DNA of 58,931 bases, counting the filler, from Sphacelaria rigidula (Eukaryota), in assembly GCA_964200075.2 (NCBI GenBank). It is 9 parts of 9 records of this genome, joined end to end, with 100 filler letters (N's around TTAATTAATTAA, not from the genome) between each part and the next. Parts side by side here need not be neighbours in the genome. Positions count along the whole stretch, not along the records: positions 6,561 to 13,019 come from CAXNAA020019948.1; positions 13,120 to 19,578 come from CAXNAA020019949.1; positions 19,679 to 26,137 come from CAXNAA020019950.1; 6 more parts are not named here. The stretch is one strand, 5' to 3'. Within the stretch, counting starts at the first letter, position 1; each line of letters opens with the position of its first letter. Below, one piece after another: positions 12,444 to 25,789 of this stretch. Under the pieces are notes generated by a model. The model saw only the letters and a list, made by a program, of their open reading frames with translations. It was not told where the DNA came from and searched no databases. The position numbers were made by a program, and so were the translations under genes.

Positions 12444-13019
12444 TTGTAAAGGACAGTGTTCTGGACGTCCAGTTTTGGTCAATGAAGCAGGGCAAGAGGT
12501 TCAGACGCCGCGCATAGTGGCTTCTGTGGACAGTAACACCGTACCTTTGATCAACCGCAATGCAGCACCGAGAGGATTGACCGTGGCGTGCGTCGCGCGC
12601 TCGTGACCGATACAGATGGAGACGACGTTTCCGTCGGCTTGTAAATTTGAACTCTTGTAAATTTCACACGACCCCTTGCTCGACCGTCCAAGTGGGGGCG
12701 AGTGAGCGTATGTAGGTTTGGGCAGAGTTGAGTGCAGCGCCATGGAAGAAGAGGGGAGTCTTGGTGAAGGGTGCCGGGTAAGACGATTGCGATAGTAATC
12801 ACCCTCTCATGATCTGTCGACAGGAATCGTGTCTTACAACCGACTGGGGAACACCGAGAAGATATCACACCTGCGGATACGAGATTCCTGGGGTGGGGTT
12901 GGGGTAGGGGGTTTGGGAGTTTGGGGGGGGGGGGGAGGGAGGGGTTCGTCGTCCTGTCGCGTTGAGCATGGTTTCACGGGGTTCCCGTTGATGAGAATAG
13001 ACGGCGCCGACGCTTGTTG

Positions 13020-13119
13020 NNNNNNNNNNNNNNNNNNNNNNNNNNNNNNNNNNNNNNNNNNNNTTAATTAATTAANNNNNNNNNNNNNNNNNNNNNNNNN
13101 NNNNNNNNNNNNNNNNNNN
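13020..13119. other. Artificial contig linker
   Basis: 44N-TTAATTAATTAA-44N. Confidence 0.98.
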
Positions 13120-13186
13120 GTCTGACACACTTATGAGACTCTTTTTTCGTGCAACCAAATACCCCCCCCCTATCGTAGGATGACTC
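13120..13186 (+). repeat. Interspersed repeat end shared with 52474-52537
   Basis: tgacacac..ctcttttttcgtgcaaccaaatacccccccc.tatcgtaggatgactc begins both contig 3 and contig 9. Confidence 0.85.
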
Positions 13187-13239
13187 GTAAATTAGCATTT
13201 TCGAATTAAGTGATACCCAACACACCCCATCACTGAATC

Positions 13240-13640
13240 TACGCTATCAGACGCGTATGCTCCCGAGTGAGTGCCCCACAGGTACAGAACCCGACGCAGG
13301 GTTGAACAAGGGGGAACGAGCACTCAAGCTCGGATACGCTATCGAAGATAAGAAAGTTTCCGGGTCCCATGGGTGCAGCCGAAAACTGGGTGCAGCCGAA
13401 ACGGGCCTCTATCCCGTATTCCCAACCATAGAGATGGAGTGGAGTTTCCTCCTTCCATTTCACACGGCCTTCGATCGATTGCGCTGGTCTCTACTCGATA
13501 AGTGATGCCTGGTAAAACACTTGGTAAACCTATTGAGGGGGGATGTTACAGGGTGAATTATGACCCTGTATAGTAGACTATAGAGCAATTGGGTCATGGC
13601 TACACCTTCTTCAGTCTAATGATGATTTGGGGAAACATAT
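13240..13640 (+). mobile_element. Possible 3' remnant of a Ty1/copia element (decayed RNase H end, PPT, LTR start)
   Basis: ECPTGTEPDAGLNKG loosely resembles copia CPTxxxxADxLTK. TTGAGGGGGGA directly followed by TGTTA at 13532-13547 looks like a PPT-LTR junction. Confidence 0.35.
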
Positions 13641-14016
13641 CGTGTGACTTCGCCCCCCACCAGGCCCAAGTGAAAACACGCGAAAGCTAAGACCAATTCT
13701 GAAGGCAAACTGATAATCGTCTCCAGACTATTGTATTGCACTTCACATTTGCTGACCGCTGCTAACAACACCCATCATCCGCCAAGGATCGACCCACATG
13801 CTGAGCAAGGCGCTTGCGCACATCTTCACTTCTGCATCTGGACTAAGACAGGCAAGATCTAACCAGTGTTGTGTGGTTTCTACCGTAAGTTTGACCGTAT
13901 CGGAGTGATAGTTTCACGGTAATTAGGTGGCCAGCGAAGTCTGGTGTGAAACGTGTCCCCGACTAGAAGAGATCCCAGCGCGTCTAACACAGGTACATCT
14001 TTGCGTCTGCGATATC

Positions 14017-14097
14017 AGTACAGAACAGCAACGAAAGCTAGCTATGATCGGGTTTTCCTGCCGTACTGCCGCCAGCGTTGCTTGAAAGCCACAAGAC
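14017..14097 (+). repeat. Interspersed repeat shared with ~58653-58727
   Basis: agcaacgaaagct.gctatgatcgggttt.cctgccgtact.ccg.cagcgttgc.tgaaagccacaa is present in both contigs. Confidence 0.85.
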
Positions 14098-14386
14098 CTT
14101 CACGGTCGGCGGTTGATGGCGTGGGCGTCAAATGCAGCGACAAATGGTTGATCATAGAGCACTGTTGTTCCTCGTGGGGTCATGTCTCGCCCAAGCTTGT
14201 AATGCATGACCGCCTCACATCGGAATTAATTCTGGGAAGCTACTGTACCGAGGCGTTCACGTAGCCAGTGTGTGCCCCAGATTGCAGCATGGACGCACCC
14301 CTCTGCACCGCGCTAGCAATGGTGAGGTCACCTGTGATGAAGCTTGGTGGCAGTAAGATATCACGATGTGCGGGTCTGCTCGTAGA

Positions 14387-14727
14387 CCCTAGATTCCGTG
14401 ACGCGTTGTTACCGCGTTTGTTACTGTCATTAGTTAGGGTTGTTCCGCCGCGGCCAGAGATCGTATTGACCCACCTCAATCAGTCACTGGTCTGCCTTGG
14501 TCTCTACTCTGGGCCATCACTACGCTCTGCTCCTATGGCTGCGCCACGGCTGTACGAGCCCTGGATTCCGTGACGCGTTGTTACCGCGTTTGCTACTGTC
14601 ATTAGTTAGGGTTGTTCGGCCGCGGCCAGAGATCGTATTGACCCACCTCAATCAGTCACTGGTCTGCCTTGGTCTCTACTCTGGGCCATCACTACGCTCT
14701 GCTCCTATGGCTGCGCCACGGCTGTAC
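14387..14727. repeat. Near-perfect tandem duplication, 172-bp period, 2 copies
   Basis: 14387-14555 and 14559-14727 differ at about 3 positions. Confidence 0.95.
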
Positions 14728-14959
14728 TGAGTAAGAAAGCTGCTTGTAGATATAACATGACGCTATGAAACACGTGAGTTCCCGATCGGCAGTATACATG
14801 AATGAACCTACTCTTTGATTGTGTATGATGGATAGTATAGGTCGTACGTTGTGCCCACGTGAGAGCTTGGGTTGGCTGGAGCCAATGGTATCTCCTGGTA
14901 CTCGTACTGAGAGACCTCAGCCTGTGCATAAGCCATCCCATCATCATAGCAATTGGCGT

Positions 14960-17900
14960 CGACGGCAGGACCGCATGGGTGAATATCGCACACCCAACCG
15001 TACTTCTCGCCGCCCTTCTAACAACCGCGACAACACTCGCTCAAATCGTGACAGTCGCCCCAACAAATACGACAACTCTGGCTCCCGGCGAAGAGACAGT
15101 TCTTCTCACCGTCACCAGAATTCCGCTGATAGACACCAGCGCACGGGGCCGAATCACAATCACTCGAACCCCAACGCCGGAAACCCTGGTTCCTTCATGA
15201 CTGATCGTACCGATCCATGACATGCCGACGCCGGCGTTTTTACGTCTTCGGCGCCGCCGACAGCACACACGAAGACTATTTCAACACCAACCGCAGAACG
15301 AGTGACAAAACTTTCTCGCTCAACCCCCCCGGCACTATGCAGGAGTACTAATGACGTCTGCTCATATCGACCCCCATCTTCACTTCTTCACACACAGCGT
15401 AACAGTTGCATTGACCCATAACTTAGCTCTACACTTGGCTTTGGACTTGGTCCTTCAGAACTGCGCGTGACTCTGAGGTGTGGAAACACCAACCGCCCGT
15501 CTCTGAGGCAAAGGCTTCCCTGAGCGACCGCACGCACAGACAGTAGTGTGATTCACTCGACTGGTTCAAGTGTCGCTGGTCAGAATTTGACCATGTAACA
15601 CCCACCCAGGTCGAACGAGTTCACTCTTCGCGTTCATTGCACCATGCGAAGCTACCCCTGACTGGTTCCCACATAAACCATCCTACTATACCTTAGGCTA
15701 TGACTCCTCAGCCAAGCTTGCCAGCGGACAGTCTACAAGCTTCGCCCGAGCATGCCCCGATGCTGACTCTATCCACTCAACTGGACGCAGTTGGGCTTTC
15801 CCCAAACACTTTGGAAGTTCACACTTTGGGAGTTCCCCGCCCTTTGTCACGGCGAGAGAGGAAGCCCCGTGAACACGCCCCCACTAAAGCGCGCGCATCA
15901 ACACGTACACCTCCCTCGAGTGGAGCATCTCGATCTCACTCTCTCCAAGTGCGACGCCTTTGAGCTCGATGAGTTTATCAAGTGTCCGAGAAGAATCCAA
16001 ATCAGATATTTCGGATATTTCTACCTCTTCTACCGACTACACTGATCAAGATGGATTTACTTTAGACATTGATCCCTGCCTTCCCAACACGGTCATATAT
16101 GAAATTGACCAGCCGAGCTGTGCTCACTCTGGGGATTACACATCATCCACCAAACTTTCTGGTGAGAAAGTTGACCCCCCGGCGGATCACCCGCCGTCCG
16201 TTTTCGCCGTCAACACTGCTGATTCCGATCAATTTACCTTGGCTGAACATGGTCCGGATCTCGTCGGCGGTAAAGTGTTGATCCTGCCACTTTTACTACT
16301 CGCGTAGCGCTCCATTGTGGACCATACGCAACCACGACTGTCAAATGTGCCTCTTTGTTAGATAGCGGCAGCCCACAAACATTTATTCGTGAATCAATGT
16401 GGGAACACATGAAATAGATTGGAGCTGCTTCAGCAGCCTGCAAAATCACCACCCAACCTCGAGTATGGGGCGGTTTTGGTGACTCCACCGCACCTTTGAC
16501 CACACGAATATCAGCTCGTCTCAGTGTGCAGTTCTTTCACAACACAACTCGTTCTGTCAGCCTTGCAGTCTGGGCATATGTTGTCCCCGACAGCACCATG
16601 GCTCACGCCTTACTCATGGGCCGAGATAGTTATATGCGGTTTGATCAACGCACCTACCGCACGCTACCAGCATTACCGCCACAGTCTACGCCTCGTGGAG
16701 AACTCAACCTTGAACATTTCGGTACTCTTCACGGCGCCTTGGCCTATCGAAAAAATGAACAAGCTACCGAAGCTGCTTACCACCTCCGATACGATGGTAC
16801 TGCTGGTGTTACCCTATCCGACGATCCTCAACTGGTAGAAGTCACCCTCGTCCGCCGAAATGGTATGCCTGCCCTTACGGGACACTACCTCGTTGAAATT
16901 CTTCCTCGGGTTGGTGCGCCTGCCGGCACAGAACACTTTGTCTCCACCGGAAAACAGCTTTTGCCCCTCACGGGTCATGCTAACTTGGAACCCGGAGATG
17001 TTTTGGGTATCGCTGCTGCTCCCCTCATGCACATTCCACTTGAAACATGTGCCACTGAACCCTCGACGCCCAACTCGGCGCCTCCGACAGACGGTTCTGT
17101 CAATTGCGTCGGTGAGCCTTACTTCGACGTAACCTCTTCGTCTCCATCACGTATCCACACCGTGGACCCTGCACCGTCAACGTCCGACCCTCCTGCTGAA
17201 GTGCTGCGACGCCCATCACCAGAATCTCGGACAAGTTCCTTGCACATGTAGAATCAACTTCCATCCCATTTACGTGACATCAACTTCGACCTACATGGAC
17301 GCGGTTGGGAACCCGCTGTGATCAAAGAATTGAGCGTTGTTTTATTGGAGTACAAAGACCGGTTTTCTCGATCCAAAACGGATCTGGGGCATTGCAAAAC
17401 GCTGCCCTTTGAAAAATTTCTTCAACCTGGCGTTTCGCCGATCTCTTCTCGGCCGTATCGGACGAACCCCATCCTTACCAAAACCGTTAACGCCATTTTA
17501 GATGCGTACTTAGGTGCCGGATTAATCCAAAACTCCTCTTCTCCGTGGGCCTCACCGCTAGTGGTAGTCCCCAAAAAGGATGGAAACATACGCATCATCG
17601 TGAATTATAAACGACTGAATGGCGTTACTGTAGTGGGGAAACTCCCCATTCCTCGCATAGATGAAGTTTTCGACTCTCTAGGCGAAGGCAAAATATTCAG
17701 TACCTTCGACCTCGCTTCTGGATTTTTCCAGAATGCCATCCACCCTGATACAGTCCCACTGACAGCGTTCTGTACATCTTCTGGGCTCTACGAATGGCTC
17801 CGTATGCCATAAGGCGCCGCCACTGCACCAGGTTGTTTCCGATGCTCAATGCAACGCGTTACAGAGGATCTCGGACACGTCATCATGTACTTGGACGACG

Positions 17901-19380
17901 CTATCGCATTCGATGCCTCCCCTCTTGCGCATGTACACACCTTACGAGAGTTTCTTTCTCGCCTGCGGAAGCACGGTTTGAAACTGTCTTCATCCAAAGC
18001 TCGCCTTAGCGCGACTGACCTGGTTTTTCTGGGACACTCAATTTCACCGGCGGGTCTACACCCCGAAACCAACAAAGTCAGGGCAATGACTGCATTGCCG
18101 ATGCCCACAAACATTACTCAGCTCCGCTCATTATTAGGTGGACTGTCCTACTATGACATTTTTTGCCTAACCTGTCCAAACGATTTCGCCCCATTAAGGA
18201 CTTACTTTAAAAGGCGCCGCGTTCGTCTTCACCAAAGATATGGAAGCTATCGTGCGCGACTTGCTGAAACTCTCACCGAAACACCGGTCCTTTGTTTCCC
18301 AGATTGGGATGCCGTACAAGAAGGTTCTCGCTTCTTTCAACTACATACAGACGCGAGCACCGACGGGTTCGGCGCGGTCCTGAATCAACCTCAACTCGAT
18401 GGCTCTAATCGACCCATCCTCTATATCAGTCGCGCCACCCTGCCAAACGAGTCCAACTGGAGTCCACTGGAGCTGGAAGGCGGAGTGGGAGTCATCACTT
18501 GGGCCATAAAGCGCCTTCGACAATTTTTGTTCCATGTGCCTCTCCAAATCTACACGGATCACGGAGCCCTGGAACAACTCGCCGAAGTTGGCGAACATAA
18601 CCCGCGTGTGCAACGCTGGTTGGAGTTCTTGACAGCTTCTCAGTATACTGTCAAACACCGCCCTGGCAAAACCAACGGGAATGCTGACCTTCTCTCCCGC
18701 TTGCCCCTCCCTCCAACGGCTGTCGATTTCAGCCCCGCTTGCCGACTAACTGAACCCGATGAACCCGGCGTGTACCCTATCCGGCGTTCCTCAACGCCCA
18801 TTTACGCCCTTGACCTTCATTGCCCAGAGACGTATGCACATGGGCGGCCCTCGCCCCCTACCGTATGATGCAGTCTTGGATGGGCTCAAACCCACAGATG
18901 CCGATTTCGCCGATTTCCGTACTATCGGTCCTCGCGCAAATATTTCAGTTTCACCACCTCCAGTTGTCCACCTCATTTCCAACAATACGCGCTGTCGGTC
19001 TGCCGCCCGCGCTCACCCTCCCCGCGCCCCGCCGCCACCGACAACACCTACTGCTCCTGCGAGCAGCGTAGCGCCGGCTCCCCGCGACACCGCACCACGA
19101 GCCTTGACAACACCCGCCACGCGCAATTCTCACAACAAGCGCCGAGCGCGATCTCCGGCGCGCCCTACTGCGACAACACCGCCCGCCGCGGCCCCGTCAG
19201 TGCTCACCCCTTCTGATGCTCCCGATGTACACATCGACGTTGGCACCCTCCCCCCGTCGCCTGTTCCACCGCTTCCTGAGCCACCATGTCTGGTCGGCTC
19301 TCCGGCGGAAGGCCAACTGCGCGAATATCTCGCCAGTTACTCTCATCGTGATTGGGCTCGTAAACAACAAGAGCAATGCT
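14960..19380 (+). mobile_element. Decayed Ty3/gypsy retrotransposon (gag-like tail, protease, RT, RNase H; integrase not reached)
   Basis: Protease LLDSGSPQTFI (~16355). RT SSPWASPLVVVPKKDG..VNYKRLN..FSTFDLASGFFQ..YEWLRMP*G..YLDD (17318-18150). RNase H LHTDASTDGFGAVL..YTDH..HRPGKTNGNADLLSRL (18270-18710). Several stops and frameshifts. Confidence 0.92.
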
Positions 19381-19578
19381 ACGGTAGGGGTGCACTTTTT
19401 TCGCGAAATTTTGTCTGGTTCAGGGGCTCCTCACGATTTTAGACGCACAAGAATAAGGGCCAGGGCATCCCCGTTTGCAGATTAATTCGGGATATCCACA
19501 GCACATGGGAATAGTAATCCTGGCGTACTCTCGCGTATTTTCATAAGTCGTGTTTTGGATGAGATACGAGGCTCCTAA

Positions 19579-19678
19579 NNNNNNNNNNNNNNNNNNNNNN
19601 NNNNNNNNNNNNNNNNNNNNNNTTAATTAATTAANNNNNNNNNNNNNNNNNNNNNNNNNNNNNNNNNNNNNNNNNNNN
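19579..19678. other. Artificial contig linker
   Basis: 44N-TTAATTAATTAA-44N. Confidence 0.98.
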
Positions 19679-19740
19679 ACCAACTGCATCTAACTCGCAA
19701 GACCTGTGAAAGCTACGTAGAGAGTTAATTTTTTATTATC
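19679..19740 (+). repeat. Interspersed repeat shared with ~47369-47430
   Basis: accaactgcatc.aactcgcaagacctgtgaaagcta.. is present in both contigs. Confidence 0.85.
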
Positions 19741-19899
19741 TGCAACCACACAATTGAAAGGGTTATCAAAACACGAGGGAAGGTGGCCGCTTCGGATCCA
19801 GTCAAATATCCGTGCTCCCCCTATTGCCTGTTTCCCCTCTTCGGTGCCAGAAAGTGATGCATTGTGAGGTATTGTGATGAATTGCGATGCGTGAAGGTT

Positions 19900-20612
19900 T
19901 GTGCCAGAGGAAAATATCTTGAACGTCCTAGCTCTAGTTGTTCCATTTTCGCAGCATTGTTAATTTCTGGTGATTAGGGGGCATCACTCAACGTGCGTCA
20001 TAGTACCTTAATCGTAACGCATGATGAACACCAAATTTTGGGAGATTGCTGTAAAAACATATCCCAATGGGTTAATAAAGCATAAAAAAAAAGGTTTTCC
20101 TCGACTACGGCATTGCCAAACACAGATTTAATGGCAAAACGTGTTCCGAAAACTAGGAGATCAGCCATTTTCCTCCCCGCATTTTTTTATTTTGAAAAAC
20201 GGACCACACTAGTGTCATATATATTTGTACCAAAAGAGAAGGTCTGACACGTCCCAGGTGTTCCATTTTCGTAGTCATTATCGATTTCTGGTGAAAAATG
20301 AATGATTAGCGGGCACCACTCAACGTGCGTGATAGAGTACCTCAATCAAAATCGATGAACACCAAATTTTGGGAGATTACTATCGAAACGTATTTCAATG
20401 GGTGAAAGAAGAAAAAGGAAGGAGAACAATAGTTTTCGTCGAGTATGGCGTCGCCAAACGCCGACTTCATGGCGAAATTTGTTCCGAAAAACAGGGGATA
20501 GGCGATTTTCATTCCCGGGTTGATTTTTTCTTTCCTCTTTTTTCTCGAAAACGACCCGCACTTGTCTCATAAACGTTTTCACCAAAGGAAAAGGTCTGAG
20601 ACGTCTAAGGTC
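19900..20612. repeat. Diverged tandem repeat, ~330-350-bp unit, 2 copies plus the start of a third
   Basis: gttccattttcg..cactcaacgtgcgt..gatgaacaccaaattttgggagatt occurs at ~19940 and ~20260. A caaa.gaa.aggtctga.acgtc-type motif occurs at ~19903, 20230 and 20581. Confidence 0.75.
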
Positions 20613-21405
20613 GCGAGAAATTAACTGCTGCGTAAAGTGTATCGTAATTGAAACAGAGGGTGTTTTTTGCCGCAATTTTACATCAATAGAGCCATACTCC
20701 ACACCTACTCCTGCAACTTCGTTTGATTATTTTTCAATTTTGAGAAGCTTGGGTGATAAAGGATTGAATTGTCTTCTCCGGATACTCTGATCATTGTTCT
20801 ACGTGTCGTTGTTCCCACGAGCCAGAGTTTTCCCCGTCAGGTGCCTTAAGCGTACCTTAATTGGTACATTTACCTCTATGTGGGTGTGTTTCGTCCAGTA
20901 GGATGGGAAGGAGGATCCGGCGACGTGCAGTACAGATAGCCCAAGACTGTCTGTATTCTCTGCACACAGTGCGATGTGAAAAGGACTTGAAAAAGTGCAG
21001 TTCTATCATGCCTACACTGCCCATAAGCGTGGACGTACGTTGGTTACCCACCCCACCGCACAAATTCGTCGCCGATCCCAACCATAAAACATCAACATGC
21101 TCAAGTGTTCGCCAATAAAAATGAACACATTGTACCAACAGGGAGGTAGTAGAGAGTGTCGAAAACTATTTTTTCGCATGTTGAGGTCATAGTGCAAATA
21201 ACCGGTAACGGTGCACGTCCCACTATGCAAATATATTCAGAGCGAAATTTTCCGAGTGAGAGTCCCCTTTGGACCTCTCCACTCTGATAAGCGATGTGAC
21301 TCTTCAAACTTCATAGCGGAACGAAAAATAACCACTTCACTTTCACCACCACGGCCACAGCCATTGCATAATCAATAAACCCCAACAAGCAAAGTGGGAC
21401 ATCCA

Positions 21406-24400
21406 TGTTCCTTGATACGTGATCCGTAAACAGGGACAGCTAAACACGACTGATGAAATCGGTCAAAGGACAGGGCTGAGCCGATCATGTTGTTAAAGAA
21501 GAGTAGTATTACATAGCTTGACTAAGCAAGTCAAGGATGAAAAGAGAACGAAGAGAACAAAATGACTGGGTATGGCTACCCCCACACCATGACAAGCAAA
21601 CATTGCGTACGTAGGTACAAGACATACGCCTACTATGGTATCAAATCCCACCGCATGTAACTGTCACAAGCCGTGAAGGCGGATACCTCTGTACCGTGGC
21701 TGATCAGTACTGTAGACTACACTAAAATGGCTGTTCACCTTAACACCCCCCTTGGGCAGTCGTTTCAGTAATAGGCTCACGGGAAAACAGTCTAGACAAC
21801 GATTCATCCTGTGCGCGGGGATATATCTCAAGACTACTCACGTCACTGAATAGGTACTTTCGGAGAAAAACATCGCACCTGCCCCCCATAGACAGTACAT
21901 ATCAGAATGACATGTTCGCCCCTTCTTTCGAAAAGTTAAAGTACTTCAAAATTCTCCGTACCTCATTCAGATTCTTGCGCTCGAAGATCCCGATCACCGT
22001 ACCAAGATCCAAAACCAAGCTCTATCGGAACTAGAATAATAATAATACCCGTACTTGGACATTTTTCATACTAACTCTTACGTTTCGCGCTTGTCCATGG
22101 TGCAAGCAATACAGTGCTCAGCGAGTATCGGTTCAGACATGCATCCAACTCTGCAGCTTGGTACAAAGTCAAGACTCTTACGCTCATCTTGCATTACACC
22201 GTGGGTATCATCAAGTGCACATGCCCTACTTTTCAAACTCGGAGATATCAATCTTCCAAACAGAAAAACAGAGAAACCCTCACGCTCATCTTTCGAAGTA
22301 CAGCGTGCGCATCATCAGGTGCACATGTCCGATTTTCAAATCTTCGAGACATCAATCTTCCAAAAAGCAAAACAGGAAATACTGGAAAGACTATGCAATT
22401 CTTACATCGCGATCCGGCGCAGCAATAATTCTCGGCACATACTGTCAATCAACCAAAATTCTACTCAGCGAACAGCGAACCGGCAGAGCGAAGGTTTTGC
22501 TCAACTGTTTTCAACACGCGCAATCAAAAGCACAACATGACATCACATCCTGCATCCCCCCCTCATTTTTTGCTTCCAAACAGTCTGCGTCTCTCTCCTG
22601 CCCCCTTCGTTTCGGGCTACGGCACTGGGGGGGCGTGGGCATCGTGGAGCGTTGTTCCGTCTCTCCACCGATGTCCATCGAGAGGTCCACGCGGCAAGTG
22701 TTGTGCTCGTTGCCGGTCGGCGTCCACTCAACATTAGCTTACCACCTATCGCAGGAGACAATTTTCCAATATCGAGCCTCATCGGGAATTGAGGCTCGAC
22801 GCGACACATTGAAAATATTTGGGGAAATATCCAGAATTGCATCAGTTTCCACATCTCATCAATATAGCCATATTTACTCCACCAACCAGTATAATCAAAC
22901 GGAAAAATATTTCCACAAAGATTCACATCTCAACAGTCATCATCTGCATCTTTCGCATCTTTGCTTCTCGTTCCCACTTGTTTATCCATAATGTGTCAAC
23001 ATGCCCGCGCACAGTCAGGTGACAACACCGGTCAACCAAGAACAACTTGCGCTCTACACAGTTTTGCCATGCCGTGCCAGCACGCTTCCACCGCACATGG
23101 TCCCAGTGCCATCAATACATATCTTGACCATCAATCACGTAGGGGGGAAAATGAGCATTTCTTCTTTTACAGTGTCATACAATAACACCTGTTCTTTACC
23201 TCATGGTACTAGTTCTGCCAGCTCACAGCCTCAAAACTGCATCCAAGACGGGTTCAAAGTCAGCATTTTTTATTTTTTATGTCATGCGCAACATGTCTTT
23301 GTTCGCACTTACCACATACGGAATGCGTGATTTGTACTCAGTCTGTACCCCACAGGGCACCGGTTACTACTGTTCTTTTTTCAAACAGCCCCCTCTCAGT
23401 TGAGTTAACCGTCAATTCCACAAGTCGTGACCAAACGCACTTTGACACCTCTCGTGTTTCCATCTCCTTTTGGGAATCGAGATCAAGGGGAAGTCCAAGC
23501 AAATTCACGAGGAGAAGTGCCTCTACTCTGTAAAAATGAAGGACTAAGCAGTATCATCAGACCAAGATTGACTCTACGGAGTATACGTCTTAGGATTCAA
23601 CTGGTCGTCATAACTCACACATGTACTTCAGCACGCCACTGAGATGACTAAATGCCGATATCGTCTGTACAATCAAGCCAGTGATATAGCGTCCTACCCT
23701 ACTGCACCTATTAAGATGATCTTTATAATTCTGTCGACACTGTGCTGGTTGGGAACAGTGCCCCCAACCCACATCCCACAAGTGACGGAAAAAATGGAAT
23801 ACATGGGACTGGGTCGGCTCTTCATGTAAACATGACCTCAGCGCCAAAAAGAATGTGCATTTATCCGCAGATAAACAAGTACCGAAAATACACTTCTCCA
23901 TCAACCGTATCAAGTCTGGGACATTAACCCTACACCCCTAGGGAGGGCGTATAGTGCAATACTTCTTATGCAATCAAGATACCTACCACGCCATTCGGTG
24001 CAGTACTCACGTTTTGGGACATATGCCCCCGATGAATCTTCTTTACCCCTTCTCCGCGCACAAGGTAGACGGTGCGCGCCCCCTGCACAGTGTTGCAGCT
24101 TAGTGGTGACGTCGTTTCCGCAGAATACGTCTCCCACAGGTGCAGTGGAAAGCTCAGGAACAAAGTCCTCTCCGCAGAGCTGACCTGAACTGGTCTCTCG
24201 ACCGTGCTGCCCCCGGACGTCCCAAATCCCGGGCGCGTGGTGAGGTGCGTCCCACCACCTGACTTCTTCTCTCCGCCCGCGGGCAGTGCCCCGTGCACTA
24301 ATCGGAACATCGCTGCCTTTGCTTCATACAAACTACCTCTGAAGTTCGCGTCGTCCCTGGTCGCTGTTGGGGGTATGACCGCGTCCCTTGATGCTGCCAT

Positions 24401-24796
24401 CTTGGTCGCATGCTTGGGCCGCAAGCCGTTGGCAAATCGATTGGGCCCCTCTAGAGTGTTCCTTGATACGTGATCCGTAAACAGGGACAGCTAGGCACGA
24501 CTGATGAAATCGGTCAAAGGACAGGGCTGAGCCGATCATGTTGTTGTAGAAGAGTAGTATTACATAGCTTGACTAAGCAAGTCAAGGAAGGAAAGAGAAC
24601 GAAGAAAACGAAACGACTGGGTATGGCTACCCCAGCACCGTGACAAGCAAACATTGCGTACGTAGGCACAAGACATACGCCTACTATGGTATCAAATCCC
24701 ACCACATGTAACTGTCACAAGCCGTGAAGACGGATACCTCTGTACCGTGGCTGATCAGTACTGTAGACTACACTAAAATGGCTGTTCACCTCAACA
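21406..24796 (-). mobile_element. Complete non-autonomous LTR retrotransposon (3391 bp); LTRs 21406-21745 and 24457-24796; TSD ATCCA
   Basis: Two 340-bp direct repeats of about 95% identity with TG...CA ends. ATCCA lies at 21401-21405 and 24797-24801. A minus-strand PPT (CAAGGGGGG then TGTTAAGG) abuts 21745. No pol motifs are seen inside. Confidence 0.93.
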
Positions 24797-25293
24797 ATCC
24801 ATCACAACTGTCATGCTTATCACAGTGGATGGGGCATTCACGAAGTAGCAACGCTTGGCATTGCACTCAGAGTACCTTGTGGCGCCCCCATGGTATAAGC
24901 ATTTGTTTGGTTGTGTTGGGTGGTATCATCAACGCTCGGTGGGTACACGGCGCTGCATTGGGTGCAGTTCCCAAATCGTGCCAGTCTCAGCTGGAAGAAG
25001 ACGGTGTGAATGATTGGTAGTCTACAGCGCACAAGCGGTGCTACACCTGGCCGTATTGCCATTCTGTTAGAGGGGATGACATTTTGAGCCACCGGTATGG
25101 GTGGCACGTCGAAAAATCATTACAAGGCGGCTTGGCCCATTTTTTGGAGGTGCTGCGTACCATACTACCGTGCAACTGACTCCGTACGGTTTCACGCTTT
25201 TTCACCATACCGCAACCTAAGCTGTTGTAGGGTTCTGAATTTACACTGACTGTGCTGCACTGTCTGTACTCTGCACTGCATAGCACCACAGCA

Positions 25294-25789
25294 AACACTA
25301 TATATATATATATGAGATTCAGAGTGTAGTTCCAGATTCAGAGTCAGGATTTCAAACGGAAGAACTGTTTTCTTCGTGGTCGATTCTTATGCGAAACAGT
25401 TTGCGTCAACAATCAACCGACCCGAGTAATGAACGTGCGTGTTTTCACAGCCACAAATTTTGGTCAATTTGTACGCTTTTCCCCGATTCTCTCCAAATGA
25501 ATGTGTTCAACACTATATTCGTGAGTATCAGAGTGTAGTTTCAGATTCAGAGTCAGGATTTCAAACGGAAGAATTGTTTTCTTTGTGGTCGATTCTAATG
25601 CGAAACAGTTTGCGTCACTAATCAACCAACATTGGAGGCTGTGAAAACACGCACGTTCATTACTCGGGTTGGTTGACTAGTGACGCAAACTGTTTCGCAT
25701 GAGAATTGACTACGAAGAAAACAGTTCTTCCGTTTGAAATCCTGACTCTGAATCTGAAGCTAAACTCTGAATCTCACGAATATAGTGTT
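25294..25789. mobile_element. Foldback/MITE-like element with ~150-bp inverted arms starting AACACTATAT and an extra direct copy of the left arm
   Basis: Arm copies at 25294-25452 and 25509-25627 (direct) and 25637-25789 (inverted). AGCA lies on both outer flanks. Confidence 0.8.

Noticed and set aside
22055..22991. Long ORFs (161 and 277 aa) inside the LTR element as real genes
   Set aside because: They overlap in several frames, have no recognisable motifs, and are partly built from a local duplication.
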